Shown: positions 26,896 through 39,600 of the stretch, one piece after another
Position numbering within the stretch: position 1 is the stretch's first letter
Layout of the letters: each line of letters begins with the position of its first letter
Assembly (NCBI GenBank): GCA_963693365.1
Contig: CAVNZM010000004.1
Location: forward strand, 640,448 to 704,447
Length of the DNA: 64,000 nt
From: Amoebidium appalachense
Lineage: Eukaryota > Protista > Ichthyosporea
Reading direction: 5' to 3'
The notes under the pieces: model-generated
The model's database searches: none
Told to the model about the DNA's origin: nothing
The model's input: only the letters and a program-made list of their open reading frames with translations
Translations under genes and position numbers: made by a program

Positions 26896-29319
26896 TTCCA
26901 TGCGCGCGCGCATGATTGTGGAGGTGCTTTGTGCATGTCACGCAGCATGTGTTTTGAGGAAAGGAGCCTCATGTGTTAGGGCGTGTTTGGCAGCGCCGTT
27001 ATATCGTCTTTTCATCGTATTCGTCTTTTTGCGCAATACCACGAATACGAATTTGTGTCGTGCCAAACACGCCGCAGAATTATATCTCGTGAAAAGACGA
27101 TGGGATCGCTTTTATATCGTCTTTTTGAAAATCACCTCCGGAGGTGATTTTCGAAAAAATACGAAATAACTTTTAACCAATCATAAGCGAAGTAAGCTTC
27201 TATTAGTATTGGATCGATCTAATCCAATCCAATTTTGGAATTGCCGCGAACCATTTATGGTTATTTTGGCTTTGAGTTGGTTGAAACCAGATCAGTGCCT
27301 GTTCTAGATCTTTCCCAAAAAAAAGCCTTTTTTACTATAGAAATAAATTAAAAACAAAGGAGGTATAACAAAGTACCTTTATGAATGAAATAGATATAAA
27401 AGGTTGCAAACTACGCTCAAAGTATGGCTTTTAACTGCACTTCGAAGTACCATATGTATAATTATCGGTTTACATCCATCGTCCCCAATCACTGAACATC
27501 TGAACAATACACTTTTTGCATTCCATTGATGAAACGTAAATACGATCGAAAGAGCATATCTTGCGTGTTTAGGCGTGTTTGGCGCGCCATAATCGTATTA
27601 TTGCCCCTAAATACGCATACCTCAAAATAATCTTATGAATACGATAAATCGTCTTTTTGCACAATAATACGAAGCTTATTTTCGGCTGCCAAACACAAAC
27701 ACGCCCTTATGTTGCAGCGTATATGCTGGGAGGCGTTGAAATTAAGTTTGTCTTCTGATTTCTCACTTCAGAGTGCTTGTTCTTGGTTTGCCCGTTTAGG
27801 TGAAATTCTTGTCCTACACCGCCATATCTTGGACCAGACCGTGCCACTAGCTTATCCTCAAGAAAGCATTTACTTCAAAATGCACATTTTACGCTTGTTG
27901 TGTGTTGTGTTTAGTAGTAGGTTTGCCCACATTTGTTTGTGTACATACATAGCTCTGTCCGTTTTTTCTTTTTTGATTTGATCAAAAAATACATACATAC
28001 ATATACCTATATAACGGAGTCTTTTAGGCCATATATGGAACCGTACGCAAACACTGTGTGCCGTTACAGACCCCACACCTCTTCACTATCAGGCGTCAGA
28101 TCTCGCAAAACCACTTTGAAGGCTGGATTAAATTCTCCCCGTCCCACCCCCTCCCCCTCCCCCACTTCCTCCCAATACACACAACACTGTGTTCGTGCAA
28201 CTCATCCTTTTATGTACCAGCCATTTAGATTACTAACATATACACACACAACACTGTGTTCGTGCAACTCATCCTTTTATGTACCAGCCATTTAGATTAC
28301 TAACATATACACACACAACACTGTGTTCGTGCAACTCATCCTTTTATGTACCAGCCATTTAGATTACTAACATATACACACACAACACTGTGTTCGTGCA
28401 ACTCAACCTTTTATGTACCAGCCATTTAGATTACTAACATATACACACACAACACTGTGTTCGTGCAACTCATCCTTTTATGTACCAGCCATTTAGATTA
28501 CTAACATACACACACGTGCAGGTGGGGGCCACGGGTGTGGCCTCAGTGCAGCAGCTGCCACTCCAAGCCCAGGCCATGCTGGCGCACGGCAATGTGAGTG
28601 TGCATGGTGGGCCTAGGCGGATCTCCAGGACAGACCCACGGGGCATAAGACAATCGGCTGGGCGCATGCGGTTGCAGCTGTTTCCTGATGTGACGGTCAC
28701 AGCGGTGAAGGACGATGTGCAAACAGTAGGCGGCAACATAGTGTGGGCGGGCACAGTTGAAGGTGGCCGGCCAGAGGAGAGAGTGTCATTGGTGACAGGG
28801 CCTGACGGGTCTGTGTACGGCCAGACGGTTGTGAGGCAGCCTGATGGCAGTGTGCGTGTGTTTGAAATGCTCCCGGTGGAGGGCAACCCCACGGCAAGCA
28901 TCGTGCACGAGGCCCCCCTGCCAAACTACCCCGATGGCATGCCACTAGTGACGAAAAAGCCGACGGGCACTGCACGCATGCAGGCAAGCAAGAGGCGGAG
29001 GAGACAGAGTGCGGAGGTGGGGCAGGACAGTGGGGGCACGGTGGATGTGATGGTGCTGTACACGTCCAATGTCGTCAAGTCGTACGGGGTGGCAGGCACC
29101 GAGGCAAAGATTGCTTCTGCCGTGGCCGATGCGAACAAGGCATATATCAACAGCCAGGTGGGTGTTGGTTTTTTCTTTTCTTTTCTTTCTTTCTTTTTTT
29201 TTTTTAAACCTGCTTGTGATATGCACATGGTTCACATTCACACTCATGTGCATTCACCTTCTGCCCGTGTGAGTATATATTAAAGCATGGCAACAGCTCG
29301 GTACTCGGAACCTTATCAT

Positions 29320-29354
<35 letters not shown>

Positions 29355-32113
29355 GGGGAGAGGGGGAGGGGGCAGGAAGACGCGGGGGGAGGGGAAGGGG
29401 GGAGGGGGAAGAACTGACAGGGATTGAAATGGCGAGCAGCCGGTCCTAACCGCCACAACCCCAACAGGTGTCCATCAGCCTCAACCTCGTACACAGGCAA
29501 CTAGTGGACTACAACGAAACAGGAAACATGATGGATGCACTCAACCGCGCCACCAATCCCAGTGACGGGTTTATTGACAACCTGAAGGCCCTGAGAGATC
29601 AATATAAGGCCGACCTAGTGCAACTAGTAGTGGATGACTATAACTACTGCGGCATTGGCTGGCTCATGAGCAACTGGGATGTGGGCGACCCAACAGGGTT
29701 TGAGTACTATGGCATCTCCGTGGTGTCCATGTACTGTCTGGGCAGCCTGACCCCCGCACACGAGTGGGGCCACAATATGGTATGAACCCCCCGAGTCCCC
29801 CCCCCTCCCCCCCCCCCCCCCCCCCTTCCCCCTTTCGCCCCCCCCTCCCCCCACCCCCAACAACAACAACAAAAAAAAACTTAGCTATGGACATAACTCG
29901 ATACCTCCCTTCCTCCCGCCCTCCTCCCCCCTCCCCCAACACCACCACCACCACCATCCCCCCCTACCCCCCCTCCCCGCATGCTTGCGCATGCCTAAAG
30001 CGTGCCTCAGTGGGAAATAACGTGGAATGCAAAACATATGCATATGCATTTCCTCCTCCCCCGCCCCTTCCCCCCCCCCCCCCCCCCCCCCCCTCCCCGT
30101 GTTCCATCATTACCATCGTGTGACTTACAGCCGTGCACCTTGCAGGGTTTGCACCATGACCGAGACAGTTCAGGGGGCAGTGAGGGTGCCTACCCCTATT
30201 CCTACGGCTACAGAGAGTGCGGCACACAGGGGGGCATCCAGACCGTCATGGCCTATTGGTGCGATGGTGTCTCCCGCATTCCTTACTTTTCGAACCCCGA
30301 TATCAAGGTCTACAATCGCCCAACCGGAATATCCAGCAGTGTAGACCCCGCAAATTCGGCTGAAAATGCACGAACCCTGCGCCAGACAGCATGGACAGTT
30401 GCAAATCTGAGAGTGTCTGGTCAGCAAAGAACCCCCCCAACGCCGGCGTTTCTCAAGGCATCTGCAACCGGTGCCACCCAAATTGTTCTTAGCTGGAACA
30501 AAGTCGTGGAGGAGACGGGCTACAAAGTCTACCGCGTAATTTCAGGGGGTACCGATCAACTTGTTAGTGGTTCGGTACCAGTGGGGGGGTCCACCGTCAC
30601 ATTCACCGATAGCGGGCTCAATACAAGCACCGCCTACACCTACCGTGTGACTGCTTTCAACACTGTGGGTGAGTCGACAAAGAGTCTCACGGCCTCGGCA
30701 ACAACATATGCCCCCGAGGGTATGGTCCCCGCCGCACCAATTGTCAGTGGACTTGCCCTTGTTGGGGGAAAAGTTGTGTTCAACCTCGCGGCAAACACCA
30801 ACACGGGAGGTTATCCACTTTCCTTCACCATCTACCGTGCCGTAAATGGCGGGCAGTTTACCCTTCAGGCCACTATCGACCTTGCCGGGGCCCTGACCGC
30901 ATCGCACGAAAATACCGATGTAGCTTCAGGCCACGAGTACCAATATAAGGTGATGGCCGTCAACACAGCAGGCGCATCTCCCTACTCACCCATTGCCCGT
31001 GTGGCCTATCCTTTCCCCTCGCCATCCATCCCCACAGCCACGGTCCTAGGCCCCACATCCATCCGCTTGGTGTGGGATGCGGTAGACGGTGCATCGCAAT
31101 ATTCCTTGGTGCGTATGCCGCTTTCGGGTGGTGCGCGGTATGCAGGGGGACAAGTCACCCTTACTTCAACATCCACCACCTACGACATGACGGGCCTAGA
31201 GCCAGGCAGCACGTATGAGCTCAGAGTGGCAGCAAGCAGCAGCGCATCTACACTGGTGACATCTGCTCCTAGTGTGGTGCAGGCGACCACCCAGCCATTG
31301 ATAGCACCCACAAACGCGAAATGCACGGCAACATCCATTACGGCGGTGAACGTTCAGTGGACGGCTGTGAGTGGCGCGGTGTTCTATTCGGTGCAGAGGG
31401 TCGGTGGGTTGGTTGCAAACACAGCCAATGGCGCTACATCGTTTGCGGTTAGCGGCCTAGCACCCTCCACCCAGTATACGTTCCAAGTTGTGGCAAAGAC
31501 GCGGTTTTCTTCATCAACCACCGCCACATGCACGTGCACGACCATGGCACTTGCAAAGAGCAAAGTCTCGCTCAGCACAGCAACCAACTCACAAATCAAC
31601 CTCAAGTGGAATGCCGTATCCGGGGCCCAAGGTTATCGCATAATCCGCGGAACACTCAGCATCAAATCCACCCCCATCACACTTAGCCTGGCAGGTGCCA
31701 ACACCCTTACATACAGCGACACGAGATCCGTCGTTCCAGGCGCACGCTATTCCTACGTCGTCGTGCCATATTACGGCACCGCCACCGGCCCATCATCGGA
31801 CACTCTCTATATCACGGTACCCCCCATTCAGCCAGCCGTCACATTCATCCTCACCCGCATTGCGTCCCCCCGCCAGGCCCGTATCCAATGGTTGCTCCCT
31901 TCAGGCGTCTCTACCAATGGCCTTCAGTTCCGTGTGTGGAGGCAAGGACCTACAGATCAGAGTTTTCTTAAGGTGGCTACACTGGGGGCGTCTGTGCGTT
32001 TGTGGTCAGACACACGCACGGTGACTGGAAAAACGTACAAGTATCGCGTGGACTATGTCAATGTAGTGGGCACCAGCAATCCATCTATGATACGGTCAGT
32101 AACCATGTGGTAA
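26375..32113 (+). CDS. Secreted metzincin (M12/reprolysin-like, bacterial-type) metalloprotease with about 6 FN3 domains, ~1020 aa
   Basis: Four exons joined in phase 0: 26375-26521, 28522-29157, 29468-29779, 30146-32113. The product has a signal peptide, a prodomain, a polybasic KRRRR site, VDVMVLYT and LRDQYKADLVQL. The zinc motif HEWGHNM|GLHHD is split by an intron and is followed by PYSYGY, the Met-turn TVMAY and IPYFSNP. FN3 repeats follow (LSWNKV...GYKVYR...FTDSGL...YTYRVTAFN). Confidence 0.9.
26979..27706. mobile_element. PIF/Harbinger (Tourist-like) MITE, 728 bp, in intron 1 of the metalloprotease
   Basis: TIRs GGGCGTGTTTGGCAGC ... GCTGCCAAACAC(AAACAC)GCCC. TTA target-site duplication on both sides (26976-26978 and 27707-27709). 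The interior is AT-rich and non-coding. Confidence 0.85.
28177..28513 (+). repeat. 67-bp tandem repeat, 5 copies, each containing TACTAAC, ending just before a splice acceptor
   Basis: Unit starts at 28181, 28248, 28315, 28382 and 28449; the copies are near-identical. Confidence 0.93.
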
Positions 32114-33542
32114 GGTTTTATGTGCATAATATGTGCATTTCTTTTATTTTTATTTTTTATTTTTACGACGCGTTTTTTTTTTTTTTTTTTTTGAAGAAGA
32201 ATGCATGTATGGTTAGTGGACATATATGCATGCCGATGGAGACTTTTGATTGCTTGTTGCCGGTGGCCCAGTGTGGATGCAAGCATTACAGACGAGCATG
32301 CGCACACACGAACACAAACTATCCAGACAGTCACACTTACTTAAAGCAGGTATTTGTGTTGTAGCGATAATTTTGTGCTCGTAGTTGTGTCCATTTTTTG
32401 ATTGTGTAACAATTCTTTTTATGCCCCACCTTTCGTATGTGGATCATGTGTTCTTGAAGCGAATGGCCTCCTATTCTTGTTATACGTTTTGTGTTTTTCA
32501 TTTCACAGTATGCTTTGTATGAATTCCGTAGCACAGTGTATATTTGTCGACTCATTTTCACTGACCATCTTGTTAATAGGCGATTAGTTGGTGTAGGTTT
32601 CAGTGACCCAATGTCCATACTATGATGTGGTATTTAATGCCATCCTGTTATAATCACAGCATGTCACTTCCAATGTTGATGAATGATTAAGTTAATGCTA
32701 TTGCTCACATGATCACACATTAAAGTTTCTTTTCAAAAAAAGATTAAAAGTTCGCATGTTTTGCTTCTGTGTACATGTAGCAATTCGTTGTTCCAACGTC
32801 ATTGCATCTCGCAAATTCTTATATGTTGCAAAGCAAACACAACCACTAAGTCTCGGCCTCCCCCCCCCCCCCCCCCCCCCCCCCTCTCCCGGTTCCCTCC
32901 TCCTCAAGACCCCCCCACCACCACCCCGCCCCCACTCCCCTCTATCCCTAATCCCCTCTCCCCCTCCGCTCTCCCCCCTACCCCTGCCCCCCCCCCCCTC
33001 CCCTCCCCCCCGGCCTTCCCTAACCCTCAGTTCCCCCCGTTCCCCTCCCCCTACTCATGTCTCCGTCCCCCCCACCCTTCCCCCCGCCCTCCCTACCCTT
33101 CAGTCCCCCTTCCCCTCCTCCTCTCCTCTCCCCTCTACCCCGGCTAGTCATTGCCGACAAAAGGGCCTCTCCCCTTCTATTAAGTAACATCCACACACGT
33201 CAAATGTCTGCCATCTGATTCACGTCACAACCATCAACATCTTTTAAGAATTGCGGCACAAACACACAAACTCCCTGGCAGATAACCATGTTTGTTATGT
33301 GTGCATGTGGTGTGTGTCCCGCAAAAGGCTCTCAGATGGTGTGCTCGATCTGGAGAAGTTATAACATGTGCACTGCAAGAAACCCAGTTTAGTGTGGCAA
33401 CCAAGAATGTAGTGTCTAGGGTGGTTTGCTGGTAACAATTCATTGGGCTTTGTATTCGAAACGGGGAGGGAGATAGTCGTATATTTTCCCCTTTTTTTTT
33501 CCTTTTTCCCTTTTTTCCTTTTTTCTGTTTTTTTTTTTTCTT

Positions 33543-33586
<44 letters not shown>

Positions 33587-33687
33587 GGGGGTTAATGGGT
33601 TTAGGGGGGGGGGGGGGGGGGGAGGGGCAAGGAGAGGGGGGGGGGGGAGGAGATGGACCCGCCACCCTCCCGCTCGAGCAGGTGGAT

Positions 33688-33719
<32 letters not shown>

Positions 33720-34217
33720 ACACCCCCGGGCCCCCTCCCCCCCTCCTGCCCCCCGTCAGAGGTGTGCCCTCTCTACGCCCCCGGGCCTGGGATGTCTAAA
33801 CGTGAGGGCCATTCTGCTTTTTGCTCACTGGCTCTACTATACAGTAGTGTGCCCACTTCAAACCTTTCTCTTCTCCCCCCCCCCCCCCCCCCTCTCCCCC
33901 CTCCCCTACCCCCTTACCTCCACTCCCCACCCCTCCTCCCCTGCAGTGGCTTCTATTTTCCCGCACGACCTGCCTCAACCTCCTTCCAGCCACAAGCTTG
34001 GCACCACCAATGCACAATAAAGGCACGAGAAAGAACACTGTGACAGCCCGGCCTGATGTCCATTTTTATTTTCCTGTGTATTCAACCATCTCACAACGTG
34101 TGTTTAAAAAAAAAAAAACTACTACATATCAAGTGTTTGTGTATAGTACCAAACTGTGTGTGTGTGTGTGTGTGTGGTGCACGTGTGTGTGTGTGTGTGT
34201 GTGCGTGTGCGTGTGTG

Positions 34218-34299
<82 letters not shown>

Positions 34300-34440
34300 C
34301 GCGCGTGTTTGTGATAGAACCCTAACTAACTAGAGTACTGTCGGTGCTGTGTGGTAGACGGTAGTTTCCCTAGAGGGCCTGCAAAGGCCTCCGGAAACAA
34401 ACCGTGATAAAATAAAATCCGATAAAAATGTGTGTGTCCG

Positions 34441-34825
<385 letters not shown>

Positions 34826-35465
34826 TAGGGCCCAACCACATCGGCTGAGTCAACTTAACAAATTTGCGCGTCGCTTTATATGCTAACTTTTCTATTAAGC
34901 AACCCAAAGCCTGTTTACTATTGAGCTAAAGACTTATTATACTTTCAATGACTTTTGACTATGGTGTTTCTAGATGGCCGTGATCCTGACTCACATTCCA
35001 ATCTCGTTAGGGGGACACTATGTATGTACCCCAGTCTATTTTTAGCAAATACCTCAAATGTACATATCCCGAATAGAGGCATTTCTGACAAGAATGCGGG
35101 TCCCCCGAAACTCTTTTGTAAGTGTGGGGTTGGTTGAGCGTGCTTTCGCAAATTGTTTTATTATTCCAAAATTTCCAGTTTCATCATTGAAGCAAAGAAT
35201 AATTCCGTTTACGTACATAGAACTGTACTTTGTCTTATCTATAGACACCTATCAAAGGGGTTTCTTTCATCATGAATTATATAAGTAATATTCGTAGATG
35301 TGGAATTGGCTTAGGCGGAGTTCAGTCGCACACATCGATTCAGTCGCACACATCGATTCAAATGTCGCTCTTTATTATCTGCTAATAAATAGTATCCTTC
35401 GCGCATCCACCCCTAAACCAGGCCATCCGTGGCCCTAAGGGCCGGGGAACACCCCCATCCATGTC

Positions 35466-36650
35466 ATGGCACATGCCTATAATCGTTTCAGAACCTCTTT
35501 CAAAGTTCCATCTACACCCATCACACATGTGCGACCATTAAAACGTCCAGCAGATACACCTACCACAGATGCACAACCAGAAAAACATCGCCTTAGACTA
35601 AGCGCAACACCTATTTACAATACACTACCCATTCAGAATAACACCACACCACTCCGTAGAAACACAATAACAACCATGCCGAAACTTTCGGTTGATACAG
35701 TACTGGCAGAACTTGCCCTCGTTAAGAAACAGCTAAATGAGCTGTTACCACTCAAGAACATGATAGAAAAACTCCAAACAGAAAATACCCAACTCAAGCT
35801 CACCATTGATTCACTCACAGCCCAGCTAAACATTAGTGGATCGCAAAACCCCAAAACTCATGAGCAAACATCTCGCGACGGAGACATTTCCACCCCAACA
35901 CAAAACAACACAGGACCGGAAGCACAGCTCCCGGCAGAGTTCCTAGAATATGCGAACTCTCGTAAAACACCCGAGCTCCGCCAAATTGCCAAGGAAACAT
36001 ATGCCAGCATTCTTGCAGGCAACGAGTACCGCCGCAACTCCCCTCCCAAACCGCCGGCTAAGGGGAACACCCAAGCAAACGGTAACATCAACATCCCACC
36101 CAAATACGAGAGGGTGTATTTCAAAGTCAAGCACGGCAGACGCCCACACAGGGCCATGTGGTCCATCTTCAAGGCTCTCGGCTTCCGGTGCTCTCGCATC
36201 CTTTGTCTGTCCTTCATTGGATACGATGTGCTGGAAGTAGCAGTACGGGGCGACTATAACCGTGCGTTCATCCGTGACGCGACAAAGGGGTGTGGAAGCT
36301 TCTTCACCCACCTCCCAAGCTACGACCCATGCGCGCCGGAAAACATTCAGAAAGCAGACAAAGAACGTAAAGTGTCTGCTAAGAATGCGTGCGCCACACG
36401 TTGTCGTGTACGCATCAGCAAGGCAAAAGAGTTCCTCGCAAAGTTGGAAAACGATGCTACGAGCGTGATAGACACGGACACGAAGGAACCAATGTTTTCT
36501 GGTGAGAAACTGCTCGAGCGCAAACGCCGATGCGAGATGGAAATCGAGCTCTTCTGCGAACTGTTCGCGCTGGCGGAAGGTCGTGCATACGACCCCGTAA
36601 GCGACAAGTGGGAACCAACCCCACAGGTGTCGGACCAAACCGATGCCTAA
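35466..36650 (+). CDS. LINE ORF1 protein (coiled coil plus RRM-like domain), 394 aa
   Basis: Lies upstream of the RT ORF and overlaps it by 8 nt. Heptad region LAELALVKKQLNELL...LQTENTQLKLTIDSLTAQL, then RVYFKV...FKALGFRCSRILCLSFIGYDVLEV. Confidence 0.8.
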   Translation: MAHAYNRFRTSFKVPSTPITHVRPLKRPADTPTTDAQPEKHRLRLSATPIYNTLPIQNNTTPLRRNTITTMPKLSVDTVLAELALVKKQLNELLPLKNMIEKLQTENTQLKLTIDSLTAQLNISGSQNPKTHEQTSRDGDISTPTQNNTGPEAQLPAEFLEYANSRKTPELRQIAKETYASILAGNEYRRNSPPKPPAKGNTQANGNINIPPKYERVYFKVKHGRRPHRAMWSIFKALGFRCSRILCLSFIGYDVLEVAVRGDYNRAFIRDATKGCGSFFTHLPSYDPCAPENIQKADKERKVSAKNACATRCRVRISKAKEFLAKLENDATSVIDTDTKEPMFSGEKLLERKRRCEMEIELFCELFALAEGRAYDPVSDKWEPTPQVSDQTDA

Positions 36651-39600
36651 TTTATCCTTCTTCTTCTGGAATGCTCGGACACTGGGCCCCCAAAAGGGCC
36701 TCCCCCCCGGGACACTCGACGATAAAATCAGCTACATACAACAACAGACAAACAACCACACGTTTACAGTGATTTGCGAAACACAGTTTAAAAACCACCA
36801 CAAATTCAACTCTACATTGGTCGACACATCCACACACCCCGGTTACGCGAAAAACCGAGGCATTATTGTACTTGCCGCACCACACGTGAGAGTGAAGTGC
36901 AAACCGGTAGCAAAAACGGAATTCTCGGTTTCTATAGAGTTTCTTTCTAATGTTTTTACTTTTGTATATTACCCACCATCTATGTCGGTTGTCGAATTGA
37001 CTCACGAGTTGTCACAGTTACCAATGTCCACTGTTATTTTAGGTGATTTTAACACGCGACTCCACCACACAGACACACTGCAAGTGAGTGTCGGGTACCC
37101 ATCTAAGCCCCCGGAGCGTGCTATCCCTTTAGCAAGGTATGTCCAAAGTCACACTTTGCGGTTCCCTCAAATATCCCATGCCCACAACACCGACTGGGGA
37201 GTGGCCTTTTGGCCATCAACCATGTCAAAACTCTCTCTCCCTCCTAACCTCTCTAGGTCATCTGACCACTCTCCTATCCTTTTCCTACCTAAGATCTCCC
37301 TTGATCTGCTCCCCCCTCCCCCTCCCACCTTTCGCCTCCGTCTATCCCAGCTTAAGTCACAGTGGGGTAGAGTTGATGTATGTGTATGCTATGCTACGAA
37401 ACACCCTATATATATGCGCCTATTAGAATCTGCACAAGCCAGGCCAGATTCACATCTCGTACTAGATACATGCACTAACTTTATTGTTGATGATTTGATA
37501 GATCTCGGTGATTATGCTGGCGGTGGTAGGAAGGAATATCCCGATGCTCTCTTGTTACCAAACACCACTCCCGCTAGACTAGGTGAACCCCTGTCTCAAA
37601 AGGAAAGCTTGCGCCGGCTTGCTAGTATGAATCGATTTGGCCCCCCTGCTCGTATTATTGGTGATACCACTGGAGACCCCCTCATAGACTCTGATAAGTA
37701 TTTCTCGGAACTGTTTAAAGATAGGACCCCCGCTCAGAAACCTATTGTGTGGCCTGTAGACCCATCTATCCCCATAGAATCGATCCTCCCCTTTTTCAGT
37801 CCCGATGCCATATGGTCTGTGATATCTAGTTATAGCTCTAGTAAGTCTTGTGGACCTGATGGACTCCCTGCTGGGTTTCTTAAAATCCTTGTTCCCTCCT
37901 ACCCACAAAAGGAAAGTGATCGTGCTATTAAACCTGATCTTACTATCATGTTAAGCTCTCTCTTTTCTTGGTGTGTTAAATGTGGACATGTCCCGTCATC
38001 TTGGTTAGATACCTTAGTGATCCCCATAGTTAAGAAGGACTCTGAGGGCCCCATATCATCCTTTCGCCCCATTACACTAACCCAGGTTGTTCGTAGATTC
38101 TTTGAAGCTTGCTTACTTAGGTTATTTGCACATCACCCTAGGTTTCAATCTATTCTTCACATACACCCATGCCAATCCGCTTTTCGTAAAAACAATTCAT
38201 GTTATGTTCAAATAATGGCACTGCACGATTCTATGCAAGTTGGTGCACAATATGTTGGCTTTATTGATTGGAAAACTGCTTACGATTCTGTCTCCCCTGG
38301 TCTCCTATGGGAAAAGCTTGCTGCACGGGGTGTACCACACTGCATTGGTGTTCTGTTAGAAGCACTCTTGTCTCAAACCTATGGTAGAGCTGTGGTTAAT
38401 GGGCATCTTTCATATGGTTTTGCTCGTACTAGAGGTCTCTTGCAGGGTTCATTGCTTAGCCCCTTTTTGTTTAACCTATTTATAGATGATTTGGCTGTCA
38501 AGATTTACGCCGAAAACGATGACCCTATTAATAACTTTCCGCCTGCACTTCTCTATGCTGATGATCTGTCCCTCCTTGCCCGTACCCCTAGACGCCTGCA
38601 AAGATTGTTCGATGTAGTGTCAGAGTGGTGCAAGGCAAACCTTATGATCCTTAACATAGACAAATGTGGTGTTCTTGTACCTGATATAGCTAACAATTTA
38701 CACACATTTACATTATCATCTAAACCTGTACCTATAGTTCCAGAATACAAATATCTTGGTGTTCCGGTTGATTCTGTTGGTGTTATGTTTCCCCATATGG
38801 TCGAAAAGAGGGTAGAGTTGGCTCGTAAGCGGTTAGCTTTCTTCTCGGCTAATATTTTTAAAGACACACCCCTCCATCCTTCTATTAGACTTACATTTAT
38901 TCGCACTTTTGTCTTCCCGGCATGTGAATATGGTTTACCCCTTCTCGCCGCTTGGATCAAGAAAGAGAGAACTAGAGCGCTTAAACCCTTGGCAAATTTC
39001 CTTGAAGCAGAAGTTGCCTCCTTTCTATCTAACAACTGTTGTAAACCTGGGCCTGTAACGCTCTCGATATATGGTCTGGTCCCAATAGCTGCTAGAGTAT
39101 CCTATCTCGCGCTGAAATTCAATAAGCACATAAGCCGCTTAAAGAAGTATTTGCCCTCCCACCCTCTCTTCTCTATCCGACCTGTCCCCTCCTCACCTCT
39201 CCCCTCTTTCCTCCCCTCTCTCTCCCCTTCTCCCCTGGGCACAAATACAAATAAACCCCGCAATAGTGTGTGTGTGACTTTGGACTGCCACTTACTTATT
39301 AAACATGTACACAATCACAAGATAATCACGCAATATAACAAATGGAAAAAGATACCACACGACACTAGACCCGATGAAAGCATACACCTTGAAAAACTAA
39401 GCCTTATGTCTCGTTTTATATATACTGACCGCCTCAACCATATTGCCAAATATGGCACTCGCAAGTGTATAACACCTAAATACATATTACCTTCCTGTAG
39501 AACTGGTCTTTCTCTAGCTGATGGTATTATTGATCAATTACCACGCTTTTACTGTACACGTGCTATACAGTGGAGATCTAATAAGTATAAGGTGGCATCA

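Noticed and set aside
28177-28513. Possible CRISPR array
   Set aside because: The units repeat head to tail with no unique spacers, the context is a eukaryotic intron, and there are no cas genes.
35943-36638. 231-aa antisense ORF within LINE ORF1
   Set aside because: Most likely a shadow of the sense ORF; it has no recognisable features.
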